A DNA stretch of 64,000 nucleotides from a virus (taxonomy: Duplodnaviria; Caudoviricetes), in the IMG/VR virus record IMGVR_UViG_3300029288_000063, positions 96,001-160,000 of that record. One strand, given 5' to 3'. How positions within the stretch are numbered: position 1 is the stretch's first letter; each line of letters starts with the position of its first letter. The translations under genes were made by a program, and so were the position numbers. The notes under the pieces were generated by a model, which was not told the DNA's origin, did not search any database, and saw nothing but the letters and a program-made list of their open reading frames with translations. This document shows, piece after piece, positions 27,119 through 35,257 of this stretch.

Positions 27119-27231
27119 TTGTGTGAAAGGAGAAAGCCATGAAGTAGCTGTGTCCCGCGAAGCCTCCGTAATAGGTGTTTGTGTTCTGGTGCTTTTCTGT
27201 GAAACTACAAACCCTATTTTGGAGAAAAATC

Positions 27232-27558
27232 ATGAGCGCAATTGAGAATGTGGTGACTTTTGAAGAACTTCAACGTTCGAAGTGGTTGGAAAAGCGTGCT
27301 GAGTTTCGGGAGTTGATTAAGAGTCTGGCGGCAGAGCAGTCGGCTGAAAAGAAGCTGTTGCGTATGCCGCATGGGTCGATTCCCGAGCAGGAGTATCCGG
27401 CCTATGGTGGCGGGAAGATGACCCTGAAAGGGACTGCCCGCGCCTCGCGTCTGATGTATTCCTGTTGGAGTCGTGCTAGGTCGATTAGCGGATTGCTGGT
27501 TGATTATAAGAAGTTCCTTGGCAAGCCGTATGACATGCACGAAAGCAAAAAGAAGTGA
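27232..27558 (+). CDS. hypothetical protein
   Basis: GGAG RBS; terminator 27565-27598. Confidence 0.55.
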   Translation: MSAIENVVTFEELQRSKWLEKRAEFRELIKSLAAEQSAEKKLLRMPHGSIPEQEYPAYGGGKMTLKGTARASRLMYSCWSRARSISGLLVDYKKFLGKPYDMHESKKK

Positions 27559-27691
27559 TTCGCCATGTACCCGCCCGTGAAAAGGCGGGTACATTTTTAT
27601 TATTGGCTTGTTGTTGGAAGAGAATGTCTCTTGGTGCACTTTGTTCGTTGGGAATAAATGCTGTTGTGATGTTTTCGAAAAAATATATTGA

Positions 27692-27736
27692 TTTTTTCCA
27701 GATTTTTGTTGCGCCTACGATGTTTGAATGTATAGT
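27692..27736 (+). promoter_or_regulatory. sigma70-like promoter heading tRNA block 2
   Basis: TTGCGC-16-TATAGT; 21-nt identity with 9783. Confidence 0.7.
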
Positions 27737-27773
27737 GGGTCATGTGTGGTAAATTACTTTTATGGAGTCTGTC

Positions 27774-27863
27774 ATGAATAAGTTTGCATTGCTTCCAGTC
27801 CTGCCGGTGTTTGATGCGGCGGCCTATGAATGGCTGACGGCGGGTAGGGAGCTTTGCGGATAA
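27774..27863 (+). CDS. attenuator leader peptide 2 (29 aa)
   Basis: GGAG RBS; codons match block-2 tRNAs. Confidence 0.8.
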   Translation: MNKFALLPVLPVFDAAAYEWLTAGRELCG

Positions 27864-27929
27864 AACAGATTTCAACAAATCCGTAAAACACCTGACCCCG
27901 CCGAGAAGTTCCGGCGGGTTTTTTGTTTT
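27838..27929 (+). promoter_or_regulatory. antiterminator/terminator pair of attenuator 2
   Basis: 27838-27861 pairs with 27879-27903; terminator 27897-27903/27912-27918 plus T-tract. Confidence 0.75.
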
Positions 27930-27958
27930 GCGGTGATGCGGGCATAGTTCCTGCAAGT

Positions 27959-27970
27959 GGTCTTTGACAA
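27959..27970 (+). promoter_or_regulatory. boxA antitermination site
   Basis: GGTCTTTGACAA. Confidence 0.65.
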
Positions 27971-27996
27971 TCGAGTGGCCAAGAAAAGAATTATCC

Positions 27997-28081
27997 GGTG
28001 TGGGTGGCGCTTCGGAAGCGCGGCGGGCTGTAAACTCGTTCCCTTATGGGCAAAGAGGTTCGACTCCTCTCCACACCACCA
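27997..28081 (+). tRNA. tRNA-Tyr(GTA)
   Basis: Long variable arm, CCA. Confidence 0.82.
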
Positions 28082-28084
28082 AAT

Positions 28085-28160
<76 letters not shown>

Positions 28161-28190
28161 AATTCAATCCGGGCGTGTGCCCGGTGGAAT

Positions 28191-28267
28191 AGGCGTTTAG
28201 CTCAGGAGGCTAGAGCGTGTGCGTCACAAGCACGAGGTCGCTGGTTCGAATCCAGCATCGCCTACCA
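28191..28267 (+). tRNA. tRNA-Val(CAC)
   Basis: Cloverleaf, CCA. Confidence 0.88.
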
Positions 28268-28278
28268 TAGTTTTTTTT

Positions 28279-28433
28279 GCAGCACTCTTCAGTATGGAGT
28301 TACTTCCTTTCAAACCGAAAATGTGGGTTCGATTCCCACACCTGATGCCGCAACACACGACGGTTCGCCGTCCAGTCGGGTTCGTCTAATGGTAGGACTC
28401 GGGCGCAAGTCTCCATGCGTTCTTTGGTGCTGT
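28279..28433 (+). ncRNA. YrlA-like Y RNA, copy 6
   Basis: Conserved frame plus permuted T/D arms. Confidence 0.7.
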
Positions 28434-28441
28434 TTTTTCAT

Positions 28442-28516
28442 GTCCCGCTCGTCTAGCGGCTAGGACGACAGCTTTTCAAGCTGTAAACCGGAGTTCGATT
28501 CTCCGGCGGGATGCCA
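28442..28516 (+). tRNA. tRNA-Glu(TTC)
   Basis: Cloverleaf, CCA. Confidence 0.9.
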
Positions 28517-28523
28517 AATTCAT

Positions 28524-28610
28524 GCGGGTATGCTGGAATGGCAGACAGGTTGCGTTGAGAGCGCAATGGACGAATTGTCCGTGAGGGTTCAAGTCCCTCT
28601 ATCCGCACCA
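28524..28610 (+). tRNA. tRNA-Leu(GAG)
   Basis: Long variable arm, CCA. Confidence 0.9.
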
Positions 28611-28615
28611 AATTT

Positions 28616-28814
28616 ACCAGTCGTCTGAGGAAGCTCGGGACTGCACCGCGAAAACGGAGGAGGATTGTATAATCTGATTGGACTCCGGAGGCAGCAACCC
28701 CAAATAGGCCCGGAGCGGGAGCGCGGCGTGTTGAAGGGCGGGTTGGGGGCTTAGACCAATGCACGGTTGAAAAACAGAATCCCGGCTACGTAGAACTGTG
28801 CGCGGTCGACTGGT
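28616..28814 (+). ncRNA. rnpB: miniature circularly permuted RNase P RNA (catalytic domain)
   Basis: CR-I GAGGAAGCTCGGGA and CR-V ACAGAATCCCGGCTA form P4; P2, P3, P5, P6, P7, P15 and P16 can be assigned. Confidence 0.8.
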
Positions 28815-28820
28815 TATTAT

Positions 28821-28897
28821 GTCTCGGTAGGCGAATGGTTGAAGCCGTCACCCCTTCAAGGTGAAAATTACGGGTTCGAATCCCGTCCGAGATACCA
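28821..28897 (+). tRNA. tRNA-Glu(TTC), divergent (C33)
   Basis: Cloverleaf, CCA. Confidence 0.8.
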
Positions 28898-28985
28898 CAA
28901 GAAAAGGGAAAGCCCCCCTATGGGAACCATGAAGGCCAAATGGGTTCTCGCAGGCTTGACAACCGGAGAGTACGGTGCCAATGAT

Positions 28986-29061
28986 GTCCCGCTCGTCTAG
29001 TGGTCTAGGATGGCAGATTCTCAGTCTGCGGACAGGGGTTCGAATCCCCTGCGGGATACCA
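28986..29061 (+). tRNA. tRNA-Glu(CTC)
   Basis: Cloverleaf, CCA. Confidence 0.9.
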
Positions 29062-29125
29062 AGATTTCCCTTCGGGTTGACTGGAGGTTGTTCGTACCGC
29101 TGTCGAGGTATGGCGGCGGTAGTTT

Positions 29126-29201
29126 GGAAGGTTAGCCTACGTGGTCACGGCGTCTGCCTGAAGAGCAGAAGAAGTCGGTTCGATTCCGACACCTTCCACC
29201 A
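29126..29201 (+). tRNA. tRNA-Phe(GAA), divergent
   Basis: Cloverleaf, CCA. Confidence 0.82.
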
Positions 29202-29204
29202 TAA

Positions 29205-29290
29205 GCGGGTGTGCTGAAATGGCATACAGGTCGCGCTCAGAACGCGATGCCCGTAAGGGCGTGTGGGTTCGACTCCCTCCATCCGCACCA
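29205..29290 (+). tRNA. tRNA-Leu(CAG)
   Basis: Long variable arm, CCA. Confidence 0.9.
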
Positions 29291-29298
29291 AAAACAAT

Positions 29299-29387
29299 GC
29301 GAGTGTGCTGGAACTGGCATACAGGTCTGTCTCAAAAGCAGATGGGTGAAAAATCCCGTGTGGGTTCGACTCCCACCGCTCGCACCA
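29299..29387 (+). tRNA. tRNA-Leu(CAA)
   Basis: Long variable arm, CCA. Confidence 0.9.
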
Positions 29388-29395
29388 AATATATG

Positions 29396-29544
29396 ATGAC
29401 GCGCTTCGGTAGGGAGATACTTCCATAAGGCTGGTGTCCCTCGGGACGTGTGGGTTCGAGTCCCACAGACTTAACGAAAGTTGGGCGATGGCGAAATGGC
29501 AGACGCACCGGAAAAAAGAAACTCCTTGCGACTTTTGGCGTCAT
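29396..29544 (+). ncRNA. YrlA-like Y RNA, copy 7 (Leu-type module)
   Basis: Conserved frame; variable arm, T-arm and Leu-like D-arm. Confidence 0.7.
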
Positions 29545-29555
29545 TTTTGAATTTT

Positions 29556-29718
29556 CGGCACGCTTCAGTGATGGGTTACTTCTCACCCAATGAGAGAGGT
29601 CGTAGGGTTCGAATCCCTACCCGCCCGGCCATGAAGGCTTTCGATGAGAGCCTTCATACTTCGGGCGGTAGCTCAGTGGTAGAGCGCTACAACTAGCCTG
29701 TTGCGACTTTTGGTGCCG
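29556..29718 (+). ncRNA. YrlA-like Y RNA, copy 8
   Basis: Frame nearly identical to copy 3. Confidence 0.75.
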
Positions 29719-29735
29719 TTTGTTGCGTTTTATGT

Positions 29736-29810
29736 AGTCTCGTCGTTCAAAGGCTAGGATTCGGGATTGTCTATCCTGAGATGCGGGTTCGAGTCCCGTC
29801 GAGACTGCCA
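29736..29810 (+). tRNA. tRNA-Asp(GTC), divergent
   Basis: Loop TT-GTC-TA, CCA. Confidence 0.8.
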
Positions 29811-29813
29811 AAT

Positions 29814-29890
29814 GGACACGTAGCTCAGTTGGTTAGAGCGCTGCCCTGTCACGGCAGAGGTCACCGGTTCGAGTCCGGTCGTGTCCGCCA
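29814..29890 (+). tRNA. tRNA-Asp(GTC)
   Basis: Cloverleaf, CCA. Confidence 0.92.
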
Positions 29891-29898
29891 AAATTTAC

Positions 29899-29974
29899 TG
29901 TGTGGTAGCTCAGTTGGTAGAGCACGGCCCTGAAAAGGCCGGTGTCACCGGTTCGACCCCGGTTCCCACAACCA
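29899..29974 (+). tRNA. tRNA-Phe(GAA)
   Basis: Cloverleaf, CCA. Confidence 0.88.
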
Positions 29975-30060
29975 AATATAGGCGTATAGCTCAATTGGTA
30001 GAGCACCGGTTCCAAAAACCTTCGGTTTGATAAATAATTTTATAATCTCGTGTCTGTTGA

Positions 30061-30600
30061 ATGGAGACAGACATGAGGAAGACAAAGTGGACAGATGAAG
30101 AATTGTCGTTGTATGTTGCCGAGTCGTTTGGTTTTTCTGACCTTTTGAGAAAGTTAAAACTTTCAGTATCTAGTGGAAATTACAAGACAATAAGAAGACG
30201 TATAGAAAGTCTTTGTTTGGATACTAGGCATTGGACTGGAAAGTCTCAATGTGGAGATCGAAACCCAAGTTTTCGTCACAGAATTCCGCTTGAACAGATT
30301 TTGGTAGAGAATGGGTTTTATAGGAATCTGCCAAGATTGAAACAGAGGTTGATTAAAGAGGGTTTGTTAGAAAACAAGTGTGCTATTTGCGGACTTAGTT
30401 CTGTGTGGAATAATAAGAAAATTGTTATGATTTTGGATCATGTAAATGGTGAATCATTTGATCATAGATTTGAAAATTTGAGACTTGTTTGTCCGAATTG
30501 TAATAGTCAGATTGATACTTTTGCTGGAAGAAACAAGAAGAAAAAACGAACGGATGCAGCAAGTGGGTGTTGCGGTCAGACTCCAAATCTGACGTCTTAG
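30061..30600 (+). CDS. HNH homing endonuclease
   Basis: CAICG..LDHVNG..DHRFENLRLVCPNCNSQ; AT-rich. Confidence 0.88.
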   Translation: METDMRKTKWTDEELSLYVAESFGFSDLLRKLKLSVSSGNYKTIRRRIESLCLDTRHWTGKSQCGDRNPSFRHRIPLEQILVENGFYRNLPRLKQRLIKEGLLENKCAICGLSSVWNNKKIVMILDHVNGESFDHRFENLRLVCPNCNSQIDTFAGRNKKKKRTDAASGCCGQTPNLTS

Positions 30601-30627
30601 CGGGTTCGATTCCTGTCATCCGTGCCA
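30550..30627 (+). tRNA. tRNA-Trp(CCA), nested, divergent
   Basis: ACGGATG/CATCCGT acceptor, CT-CCA-AA loop, GCCA. Confidence 0.8.
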
Positions 30628-30685
30628 ATCTTGTAATCCGTTCAAAACCGGCGGTTGGGGGTTCGAGTCCCTCTGCGCCTGCCAT

Positions 30686-30759
30686 AGTCGTGTCGCTTAA
30701 TGGTAAAGCGTCTCCTTGACGTGGAGAAGCTGAAGGTTCGATTCCTTCCATGACTACCA
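30686..30759 (+). tRNA. tRNA-Val(GAC)
   Basis: Cloverleaf, CCA. Confidence 0.85.
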
Positions 30760-30767
30760 TATTCAAA

Positions 30768-30846
30768 CGGGGCGTAGCTCAGCTTGGTTGAGAGCGCGTG
30801 TTTCGGGTACACGAGGTCGCAAGTTCAAATCTTGTCGCCCCGACCA
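30768..30846 (+). tRNA. tRNA-Pro(CGG), variant
   Basis: Cloverleaf, CCA. Confidence 0.85.
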
Positions 30847-30964
30847 AATTATGAACCCTATGCACATGACCGGACACTTGTGTGTAGGAGCAACGACGCC
30901 CATTATGGAGAGCGGTGGGTGTAGCCGAAAGGCAGTGCGGTAAAACGCCGAAGCTCCTGTGAAT

Positions 30965-31041
30965 CGGGGTGTGGCTCAGCTTGGTAGAGCGCCGCGTTCG
31001 GGACGCGGAGGTCGGAGGTTCAAATCCTCTCACCCCGACCA
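30965..31041 (+). tRNA. tRNA-Pro(CGG)
   Basis: Cloverleaf, CCA. Confidence 0.92.
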
Positions 31042-31102
31042 ATTTCAATGTATATCGGGTTTCCGGTATACTGTGGTATACATGGGTAGAAACGACTATA
31101 AT

Positions 31103-31179
31103 CGGACTGTGGCTCAGTTTGGTAGAGCGCGTGACTGGGGGTCACGAGGCCGCAGGTTCAAATCCTGTCAGTCCGACCA
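31103..31179 (+). tRNA. tRNA-Pro(GGG)
   Basis: Cloverleaf, CCA. Confidence 0.92.
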
Positions 31180-31248
31180 AAATTATTTCTTCGTTGAGCT
31201 TTTTCATGTCGCCGCGATAGGTTTGTAAGGTATTATATTGTAGGTGTT

Positions 31249-31956
31249 TTGAAAAGGACGAAGATTATGCCGCCTCCTGTTGTGAAATGTTGCATCTGTG
31301 GTGAAGAGGTTCTCAAGGCTCAAACCTATGCTATTGCAGGCGGTCGTGCCTGCAAGAAGCATGAAGGCGTTGTTGAGCAATCGCAGCAGATTCAACAGAA
31401 AGCAATCGACGATAAGTCGAGGCAGCGTGCCGCAGAAGACGAGCGTGAACGTCGGCGTGAAGAGCGAATGAACATGCCGCATGCTTCAATGGAAGCAAAC
31501 CTGTCGTTTGCGAGGGATAACTGTTGGTGCTGTGGTCGTGTTGGATTGGAACACAGCATGTTTATGCAGCTCCAGTTGGCTGCGATGGAAAAGGCTCAGA
31601 ATGAGAATATCAATGTGTTTGGTGAGCTTGTTGGAGACCACGCTTTCAAAAACATGTTGCTTGCCGTGTTAAAGCGGCTTGGTGCTGAGTGTGTTTTCAA
31701 AAGGTTTGACCTGAACGATGAGATGTTTGAGCGGTACGTTCAGTGGGAAGCGCGGATAGACCATCGAGTGCGGGATATTGTTCGCTTTGGTCGTGTAATT
31801 CAGCTTTGTGGTGATTGTCAAAACGGCACAGGTATCAAGTTTGACTTCGAATCCATCATTCCGAAGGTGCCGCTGCAAACGCTCTTATTGGTTGGTTCTG
31901 CTTATGAGAACAGTGACTTCCATAAGCATGTTCAAGAGATTGCGAAAAATATATAA
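31249..31956 (+). CDS. hypothetical Zn-binding protein
   Basis: 235-aa ORF with CxxC motifs. Confidence 0.6.
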   Translation: MKRTKIMPPPVVKCCICGEEVLKAQTYAIAGGRACKKHEGVVEQSQQIQQKAIDDKSRQRAAEDERERRREERMNMPHASMEANLSFARDNCWCCGRVGLEHSMFMQLQLAAMEKAQNENINVFGELVGDHAFKNMLLAVLKRLGAECVFKRFDLNDEMFERYVQWEARIDHRVRDIVRFGRVIQLCGDCQNGTGIKFDFESIIPKVPLQTLLLVGSAYENSDFHKHVQEIAKNI

Positions 31957-31957
31957 C

Positions 31958-32035
31958 GGGCGCGTAGCATAGCTGGTCGAATGCGCTTGCTTTACAAGCA
32001 AGAGACCGAAGGTTCAAATCCTTCCGTGCCTACCA
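31958..32035 (+). tRNA. tRNA-Val(TAC)
   Basis: Cloverleaf, CCA. Confidence 0.88.
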
Positions 32036-32038
32036 AAT

Positions 32039-32114
32039 GGGGTCGTAGCTCAACTGGGAGAGCGTCTGCATGGCATGCAGAAGGTAGAGGGTTCGAATCC
32101 CTCCGGCTCCACCA
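32039..32114 (+). tRNA. tRNA-Ala(GGC)
   Basis: G3-U70, CCA. Confidence 0.92.
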
Positions 32115-32716
32115 AATTCAAGGTGGTTGGGTTGGCATAGATTACCCTGCCACAAGAGTTTTCCTCTGAGGAACACGTTTCTTATGAGTGATATTGATTA
32201 TCTTCGTCATACTTTGTCTGGTCGAAACATGGTAACGAGGAATCCCGACCTATGCGTGTGCGCTTTTGCGTGTGCGTGTGTGTATCGGGATGGTTCGCGG
32301 TTTCGGTGCCGTATAATAGACGAGGTAAACAAGGAAATTCAAAGTAGGATTGACGACTACAATCAGGCGGTTGAGCGGTGTCGCAGGGAAAAGCAGATTA
32401 CCGGGAAAGAGTGGGGTGCTTGAGAGTTTTATGAGAAATGCCCACAACATCTATTATTCCGAGGACGACTTGTTCCCTGAACATCGTGTTCCGCCGTCCT
32501 GTCCGTATCTTACCGAGTTTGTGATTCTCAGCAACCCCGAGGTAAACGATTTGCTTGTGTCGGGGGTTTTGTTGTGAGATATTTTGAGCACGCCAAGGTG
32601 AATTTGGTTGTCGCTTTCAAGGCCGCCCTGTTGTGTGTGTTTCATGTCGCACATGCCTTTGTCCCGTGTCGGTGGACCGAGCATGATTGGTGGGGGTTGA
32701 ACCTTACAAAAGATTC

Positions 32717-32793
32717 CGGAGAGTAGTTCAGCTTGGTAGAACGCCTGCTTTGGGAGCAGGAGGCCGCAGGTTCGAATCCTGTCTCTCCGACCA
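32717..32793 (+). tRNA. tRNA-Pro(TGG)
   Basis: Cloverleaf, CCA. Confidence 0.92.
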
Positions 32794-32820
32794 AATTCAA
32801 ACACCCTCAAGGAGTTGGCG

Positions 32821-33087
32821 ATGTATGATGAGGAAATAAACAAAATGGTGGAAGAATTGTTTGACGCTTCCACAATGGAAGGGTCGGAGACAGGCGAGAC
32901 GTGGAGTGCGCTTGCGCAGTTTGCGAATGCCCTACATTCGGATTTCGTCTCAGAGGAGTTTGTTGAAGCCCTCAAGAAAGAGATTCGTCGGCAGCATGAT
33001 GACTTGAAGGCTAATTTCCGGATTGTCGAAGAAGAACGTCGCGAAGAGGTTGTCAGGAAGTCCAGAACGCTGGAATGTATCGCGTAG
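32821..33087 (+). CDS. hypothetical protein
   Basis: AAGGAG RBS. Confidence 0.55.
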   Translation: MYDEEINKMVEELFDASTMEGSETGETWSALAQFANALHSDFVSEEFVEALKKEIRRQHDDLKANFRIVEEERREEVVRKSRTLECIA

Positions 33088-33142
33088 CGGCGAGTGGCGG
33101 AATAGGAAGATGTAAGGGACTTAAAATCCTATCTCTCCGCCA
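33087..33142 (+). pseudogene. tRNA-Leu(TAA) remnant
   Basis: D-arm and anticodon present, T-arm deleted. Confidence 0.55.
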
Positions 33143-33237
33143 AATTATAATCCTGTGGAGAAACTATGTCTGTTTTTGATAGGTCACCGGATTGGTTGAA
33201 AAAACTCATCGGTTGGATTTGTGGTCCGTAGGGGTTC

Positions 33238-34080
33238 GTGATGTCCGTGCGCTGGTTGCTTGAAAAAGACGTGTTTTCTGAAGACTTGGAGCCGCTGAAA
33301 CAAGAGATTGTTCGTCAGGGGCACTCGTTCACAGAGATGGGGTACATCCCGTTTGGTGGCGGCGAATATGAGGACATTGTAGGCAAAGATTGTACCCTGT
33401 TTTATGGGTCGTTGAATCTCGCGTTGACTCTGTCGCGGCTGCCGTGCCCGCCGGTTATCTTTTGTGACCGGCCGAACTACGAATGCACGAAGTATTACGC
33501 CTATTTTGGCGAGTACCTGTTGAATCAGAAATATGTCATGCTGCCATTCTCCGAGTTGCGTCGTCGAAAGGATTGGTTGTTCGACAAGATTGGTGAGAAT
33601 GGGAGTATGTTTGTTCGCCCGAGTTCAGGGGCGAAAATCTTTACCGGCATGGTGATTCAAAACGACTCTTTTGAGCACGACTACAAGTTGCTTGGATTCT
33701 ATGATGTCGCGCCGCACGCTATGGTCGTTGTTGGTCAGCCTCATAATATCGTTCGTGAGTGGCGTTTGGTTATCGCGGATGACGAGGTTGTTGCCGGAAG
33801 CAAGTATCACGATGGAACCCTGAGCTTGATGTATGAGGGGTTTCCTGAGTCTGTTGGAGAGTTGGCGAATCGTATCTTGTCCGAAACGTCGTATCGTCCT
33901 GACCCCGTGTGGACTATGGATTTTTGCGAAACGAAAGATGGCAGGGTTCATCTCTTAGAAATCGGCGGGTTTAGCTGTGCCGGTTTGTACTTATGCGAGA
34001 TGGCTCCTATTGTCTCAAACGTCTCACGAATCGCAGAAAGCGTGTTTAACGGTGAATATGATGGGCGCGTGGCGGAATAG
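33238..34080 (+). CDS. ATP-grasp domain protein (DUF4343/R2K-like)
   Basis: FVRP..K.FTG, EWR, MD..LLEIG..S.AGLY. Confidence 0.75.
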   Translation: MMSVRWLLEKDVFSEDLEPLKQEIVRQGHSFTEMGYIPFGGGEYEDIVGKDCTLFYGSLNLALTLSRLPCPPVIFCDRPNYECTKYYAYFGEYLLNQKYVMLPFSELRRRKDWLFDKIGENGSMFVRPSSGAKIFTGMVIQNDSFEHDYKLLGFYDVAPHAMVVVGQPHNIVREWRLVIADDEVVAGSKYHDGTLSLMYEGFPESVGELANRILSETSYRPDPVWTMDFCETKDGRVHLLEIGGFSCAGLYLCEMAPIVSNVSRIAESVFNGEYDGRVAE

Positions 34081-34149
34081 GCAGACGTAAGGGACTTAAA
34101 ATCACTTATCCATAGTGTCGTGTGGGTTCGAGTCCCACCGCGCCTAACA
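34063..34149 (+). tRNA. tRNA-Leu(TAA), possibly degenerate
   Basis: Anticodon-stem mismatch; ends ACA. Confidence 0.6.
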
Positions 34150-34164
34150 ACTAGGAGTGTGTTT

Positions 34165-34509
34165 ATGTCTGTTGACGGATGTTCGTGTGGTGGCGAGTGC
34201 GGGTGCAAGGGGGAAGAAAATATCCGTCGTGCCAAGCCCGGTGAGCTTGTGCGTTGTCGGTGGTGCGAAGAACTGCCGTTGATTATTTGGGATAAGGATT
34301 ACAACAATCTGAAGATTTGTTGTGATGGCGGCAACGGTGCAAAAGAGTGTTCGGCGTATCCGTCCACATCAAATGGAGGGTTTGGGCCGTCAACGGGACA
34401 TATTGTCAGTAGGCAATGGTCTGTCCTCAATTCGGAGTTGTCGCCACAAGACGCAAGGGATAGTGAAAAGCTCCACGAAGAGGTAAGTAGGAAACTTGAA
34501 GAAAAATAG
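34165..34509 (+). CDS. Cys-rich hypothetical protein
   Basis: AGGAG RBS. Confidence 0.5.
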   Translation: MSVDGCSCGGECGCKGEENIRRAKPGELVRCRWCEELPLIIWDKDYNNLKICCDGGNGAKECSAYPSTSNGGFGPSTGHIVSRQWSVLNSELSPQDARDSEKLHEEVSRKLEEK

Positions 34510-34556
34510 CCATTTTTTCTTCTGTAAACGATGTCGGTTCAAAGGAGAAAAACAAA

Positions 34557-34880
34557 ATGGCTCATAAGTTATTCACAAACGAAGTTAGAACCCGCGTGGG
34601 CAATTCAAAAAACTGGCGTCTTGCTTGTGAGTTGCGGTTTGAGGGTTCTGGTTCGTGGTGTTTTGATTGCCGTGAGTCTGGTTTCGAGATTGATGTTGCG
34701 TTCTGTGATGATGGTAATGTGTCGGCGTCCGTGTTTGCGCTTGGTGATGACGAGCAGGAGCCGATTTCATGTGTCGAACGGAAGGTATGTACAGAGGCGC
34801 AGCTTGGCACCGTGATTTCTGAAGCCGTGAAAAACGCGGTTAAGAGTCCGATGCTGAAGCATCGTCTCCTTGAGGTTTGA
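34557..34880 (+). CDS. hypothetical protein
   Basis: AAGGAG RBS. Confidence 0.55.
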   Translation: MAHKLFTNEVRTRVGNSKNWRLACELRFEGSGSWCFDCRESGFEIDVAFCDDGNVSASVFALGDDEQEPISCVERKVCTEAQLGTVISEAVKNAVKSPMLKHRLLEV

Positions 34881-35006
34881 GGTTAGTAACCGAGTACGAT
34901 TAGCCGTCCGAAAGGTGAAGTTCCCTCGGCGAAATTGAGTGAAACAGGTTCGGGTGGCACCCGTTCAATGTCGCGATAAAGTAGCCGAAAACCATTTTTG
35001 ACATAT

Positions 35007-35081
35007 TGCGGGGTGGAGCAGTGGCAGCTCGTCAGCCTCATAAGCTGAAGGTCGAGGGTTCGAATCCCTCCTCCGCTACCA
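35007..35081 (+). tRNA. initiator-like tRNA-fMet(CAT)
   Basis: Unpaired 1-72, A11-U24, CCA. Confidence 0.85.
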
Positions 35082-35257
35082 ATTTTTCTCGTGCGTCGGC
35101 ACAGTGGACCCCACAAAGCAGTTCCCTGTGTCTAGTGTATGGTTGCATGTGGGTGTAGCCAAGATGGGTCACAGTCCCGTCGGCACGAGAGTTTTTTTCT
35201 ATGAGTGTGGTATGACCTTTTTTTGATTTGTGCCATAGGAAGAGGAGGTATCTTCCT

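Larger units (their letters stand above)
29980..30684 (+). mobile_element. split tRNA-Trp carrying HNH endonuclease and replacement tRNA-Trp(CCA)
   Basis: 5' half 29980-30020, 3' half 30643-30684. Confidence 0.82.

Noticed and set aside
28900-28982. SAM-I riboswitch-like ACAACC..GGTGCCAA
   Set aside because: No P1/AUC elements and no regulated gene downstream
30000-30651. Opal (TCA) suppressor from rejoined Trp halves
   Set aside because: Junction is ambiguous; CCA is present in the 5' half and in the cargo
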